The notes below the pieces were generated by a model, which saw only the letters and a list, made by a program, of their open reading frames with translations, was not told the origin of the DNA and searched no databases. Made by a program: the position numbers and the translations under genes. DNA of 64,000 nucleotides, from the NCBI GenBank assembly GCA_963848295.1, contig CAWKDB010000010.1, positions 2,784,001 to 2,848,000 of the forward strand. Reading direction: 5' to 3'. This document shows, in pieces, positions 61,270-64,000 of the stretch; within the stretch, counting starts at the first letter, position 1, and each line of letters starts with the position of its first letter. Source of the DNA: an uncultured delta proteobacterium. GTDB taxonomy: Bacteria > Myxococcota_A > Polyangia > Haliangiales > Haliangiaceae.

Positions 61270-61365
61270 AGAATCGCACTCTAGAGGTCAGGGGTTCGAT
61301 CCCCCTTGGCTCCACCAGGAAACGAAGAGGTCTCGCAGCGATGCGAGGCCTTCTTTCGTTTCGGC
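61270..61365 (+). repeat. att-like copy 4: tRNA-Ala 3' half with encoded CCA plus terminator
   Basis: 61270..61314 identical to the tRNA 3' segment, followed by CCA at 61315..61317. Confidence 0.97.
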
Positions 61366-61437
61366 CTGGGCGCAAAACCGGGTGCGGAACGATCGCGTCA
61401 GGCAATTAGTCGTTTCGATCTCGGTCCACGAGAAGCC

Positions 61438-62208
61438 CTACCTAGGCTTCTCGTGGGGAAGCTTCCGAGTCGTGAACAGCGCTGCGAACATCGGCGATGC
61501 CTGAAACGCTTTGGCAAGCGCGGCGATGAGAGCAAGAGAGTAGCCGCGGCCTTGAAGCTCGGCCGCGATTTCGGCCAGCGGTCTTTGCTCGATCACGCGC
61601 CGTAGCAGGCGTGCGGCGGGACGATCAAGCGACAGCTGCAGCGGCTCAGCTAAGGCGAGTAACCAGCGCTCGATTTGCGCCGTCGCTCCGCGCTTCGGAT
61701 GGATGCGCTCGATCGCTTCCAGAATCGTTTCTCGATCGCCCGCGTCAGCGAGTAGCGCGAGGAAGGTGCGGTGTTGGCGCTCGCGGACACGACGTCGCAG
61801 CGCGAACAGCTGTGCACGCACTCGAATGAGCGTGATTGCGCGAGCGAGCGCATCACCCGCGTGGCCATGATGACGTCGTACCATGCGGAGGTATGGGGCC
61901 AGTGCACGGTTGTCTTCGTGCTCCGCGGATGCTGCTTCGAGGATCGCCCAGCTCGCGGCCAGACCGGTTGCAATTATCGCCTCAGCGGCACGCAAGCCGC
62001 GACGACGCTCGAGTCGAGCGCACGCCTCGTGGATCCTGACTCGCGCCCGCAGGGTTGCGTCCGGCACTGGCGGCAACGGATCGACAGCGACACCGGGCGG
62101 GTGAAACACCCACTGCGGGGTGAGCGCGGGTAACGTTGGAGTGCGGACAACGAGCGTCACCGGGAGACACTCGCCGAACGTTTCGCGCGAGAGCCTCATC
62201 CGCTTCAC
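61438..62208 (-). CDS. Hypothetical protein, possibly the C-terminal part of a disrupted gene extending to ~62580
   Basis: 256-aa ORF with no recognised family; short upstream same-strand ORF fragments. Confidence 0.35.
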   Translation of the reverse strand: MKRMRLSRETFGECLPVTLVVRTPTLPALTPQWVFHPPGVAVDPLPPVPDATLRARVRIHEACARLERRRGLRAAEAIIATGLAASWAILEAASAEHEDNRALAPYLRMVRRHHGHAGDALARAITLIRVRAQLFALRRRVRERQHRTFLALLADAGDRETILEAIERIHPKRGATAQIERWLLALAEPLQLSLDRPAARLLRRVIEQRPLAEIAAELQGRGYSLALIAALAKAFQASPMFAALFTTRKLPHEKPR

Positions 62209-62668
62209 TCGAGTCTGTTCCGTCCAACGGTCAAGACGTAGCCAGGCTCGCTAGCGCGCAAGCGTGTCGACGGTGCGAACTTTCTCGGCGGCGACGTGAG
62301 CGAGAATCGCGTCGCACAGCGCCCGCTTGTTCTCGATGTCGTACGGTGCCGGCGCGCCGTCGCCCGGGACGAGCAGGCTGGTTTCCGGCGTGCCACCATC
62401 GACGAAGCACGTGTTGGTCGTCGGCGATGACACGACCTTGACGCCGTTCACCACCTGCTGCGGATTAGCTCGCGCGTGAACATGATCGGCTGAACGCCGC
62501 GCTCGCGATCGGCTTTGCATTCGGGGCAGTCGTGCATCAGCGCCTCGAGATCCATGAACGGATGCTCGATGTCGTCGAGGGTGGCTAGTCTCTGGTCTCG
62601 CGCGGGCCCGCGTCAGCTTGCTCGACGACCTTCACCTCCGAACAGCGTACCCGGCGACCGAGCCCGCG

Positions 62669-64000
62669 TCAGCGATCGCTGCGAAATCCGATGCGCTGGT
62701 GCGTGCCGTCGCAGAACGGCTTCGTGCTGCTGCCGCCGCACCGGCACAGCTTTGCCTGCTGGACGCGCGCGACGACCCGGCCGGTGCCACTCGTGATCTC
62801 CAGGTTTCCGCGAACGCGGAGCGGGCCGTCGGTCAGCGGATCGATCGCGAGCTCGCCATCACGGACGGCGAGCATGTCGGTGTCCGTGGTCGTCGCCGGC
62901 TCTCCGGTCGCCGTGAACTCGATCTCGTGATGCGATCCGTCGCAGAACGGCTTCGCCTTCGACGCGCCGCACCGGCACAGCGTCGCGCGAAACCCCGCCG
63001 AGGCGGAATCGCCATCCAGCACGAGGTCGGCGCGTACCGAGTAGGGCCCGTTCTCGCGGATCGAGATCAGATTCACCGGCGGCGCGGTTTCATCGGGGGC
63101 GCCGTCCTTGCGACGGTAGCGGATCGCGCCCGAGGGACATGCATGCGCGATCTCGACGAGCTTCGCGACCTCGATCGCGTCCGGGTGAATCCACGGCCCG
63201 ACGACGTTCGCGAGAAAGACTTGCGGCGCGCCGGTCACGCAGAACCGCGAGTGAATGCATTTCTTGCCCTCGTAGATCAGCGTGAGGTGCTCGCCCTCGA
63301 TGCTGTCGATGCCGTCGCGGGTCGTCGGCACCGGCGGTGGTGCGAGCGGGAGCTTCACGACGCGCGCCGGCGCCACCGGCGTGACCGGCTTCGCTTCGCT
63401 AAGTCCTCGCTTCGCGCGGGCGCCGAGGTCGGCGAGGATGCGGTGCGTGCGGGCGGTGCGCTCGTCTCTGGACAGCGCGAGCGCGTGCTCGGCGAGCTCG
63501 TCAAGCCTCTCGACGACATAGCGCGCGACGCTCGGTCCCGGCGGAAACGGGGCGGCGTCGCGGAGCGCGATGAACGACACCCCGGCGTTGCACCCGGGAT
63601 GTGATGGTCCGGCGGGGAGCCGCGCCGCACGTTCGGCCAGCGGAGTCATCGCGTGCATCAAGCCGAGCGCGAGATCGATCGCATCGCGCTTGTGCGACGA
63701 CGGACGCGGGACCGCGTACGACAACGCGAGCAAGCGGATCATCAGGCCGTAGATCGCGTTCGCGACGTCGACCGTTCGCGCGGCTTCCTCGTCCTCGATC
63801 CAGACGCGGCCTTCACGGAGCGGCGGCGGACGCAGCACCGGATTGTGCGCGGCGGGATATGCCGGCTCGAACTGCGGATCGGACGCGCGCACGGCCGCGA
63901 GCTCGTCGCGGATCGCGGCGAACCGGTTGTAGTGCGAGCCCTCGACGTGCCCCGGAGATCCTTCGCCTTGCTCGACGATCGTCGCGAGGGCCGCGAGCGC
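62669..64000 (-). CDS. Ferritin-like domain fused to a divergent 4Fe-4S domain and two CDGSH iron-sulfur domains; 5' end lies beyond the window
   Basis: IVEQGEG...SHYNRF, CIHSRFC...CPSGA, LCRCGASKAKPFCDGSH, LCRCGGSSTKPFCDGTH. Confidence 0.85.
   Translation of the reverse strand, partial: ALAALATIVEQGEGSPGHVEGSHYNRFAAIRDELAAVRASDPQFEPAYPAAHNPVLRPPPLREGRVWIEDEEAARTVDVANAIYGLMIRLLALSYAVPRPSSHKRDAIDLALGLMHAMTPLAERAARLPAGPSHPGCNAGVSFIALRDAAPFPPGPSVARYVVERLDELAEHALALSRDERTARTHRILADLGARAKRGLSEAKPVTPVAPARVVKLPLAPPPVPTTRDGIDSIEGEHLTLIYEGKKCIHSRFCVTGAPQVFLANVVGPWIHPDAIEVAKLVEIAHACPSGAIRYRRKDGAPDETAPPVNLISIRENGPYSVRADLVLDGDSASAGFRATLCRCGASKAKPFCDGSHHEIEFTATGEPATTTDTDMLAVRDGELAIDPLTDGPLRVRGNLEITSGTGRVVARVQQAKLCRCGGSSTKPFCDGTHQRIGFRSDR

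Larger units (their letters stand above)
57958..61365 (+). mobile_element. Tandem array of three integrase-less mini-islands (1127, 1231 and 954 bp) at tRNA-Ala
   Basis: Identical 45-bp tRNA 3' segment starts at 57958, 59085, 60316 and 61270, each followed by the terminator; conserved flanking arms; TA-like cargo in each interval. Confidence 0.8.

Noticed and set aside
59085..61317. Three additional tRNA genes
   Set aside because: Each copy lacks the 5' acceptor strand and D arm; they are 3' fragments only.
57958..61365. Classical integron or prophage
   Set aside because: No intI or phage genes and no attC-type sites recognised; the boundaries are tRNA-derived.
62205..62600. Discrete small genes
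   Set aside because: Overlapping short ORFs in different frames with no recognisable family; probably fragments of one disrupted gene.

Overview
GC-rich bacterial chromosome segment, most likely Myxococcota (inferred from a Glt/Agl-type TPR/TonB-C gliding cluster, a MYXO-CTERM protein, Ser/Thr kinase and PP2C genes). Left to right: (1) a ~13.5 kb surface-polysaccharide locus with a sulfotransferase; (2) a kinase, a lipoprotein, a hydrolase and a solitary gltG-like paralog; (3) cysD/cysN/cysC sulfate activation genes, with two small accessory gene pairs nearby (DUF6978/DUF1828-like pair; CoiA-like nuclease plus a six-repeat helical protein); (4) a six-gene Glt/Nfs-like operon running into cysC and ugd; (5) obgE, rpmA, rplU, gatCAB and other housekeeping or signalling genes. 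Many genes, including essential gatCAB, carry single-base indels that look like long-read assembly errors. The most striking structure is at 57.9-61.4 kb. An intact tRNA-Ala(CGC) is followed by three more copies of its 3' half plus terminator, spaced 0.95-1.23 kb apart. Each interval carries a different toxin-antitoxin-like gene pair and conserved CGTTCCGCA arm motifs, and no integrase is present in the window. This looks like an integron-like array of tiny non-autonomous tRNA-targeted cassettes. Three families of short dispersed repeats are also present, one expanded in tandem and in frame inside a GNAT gene. All family assignments come from motif recognition by eye, not from database searches.
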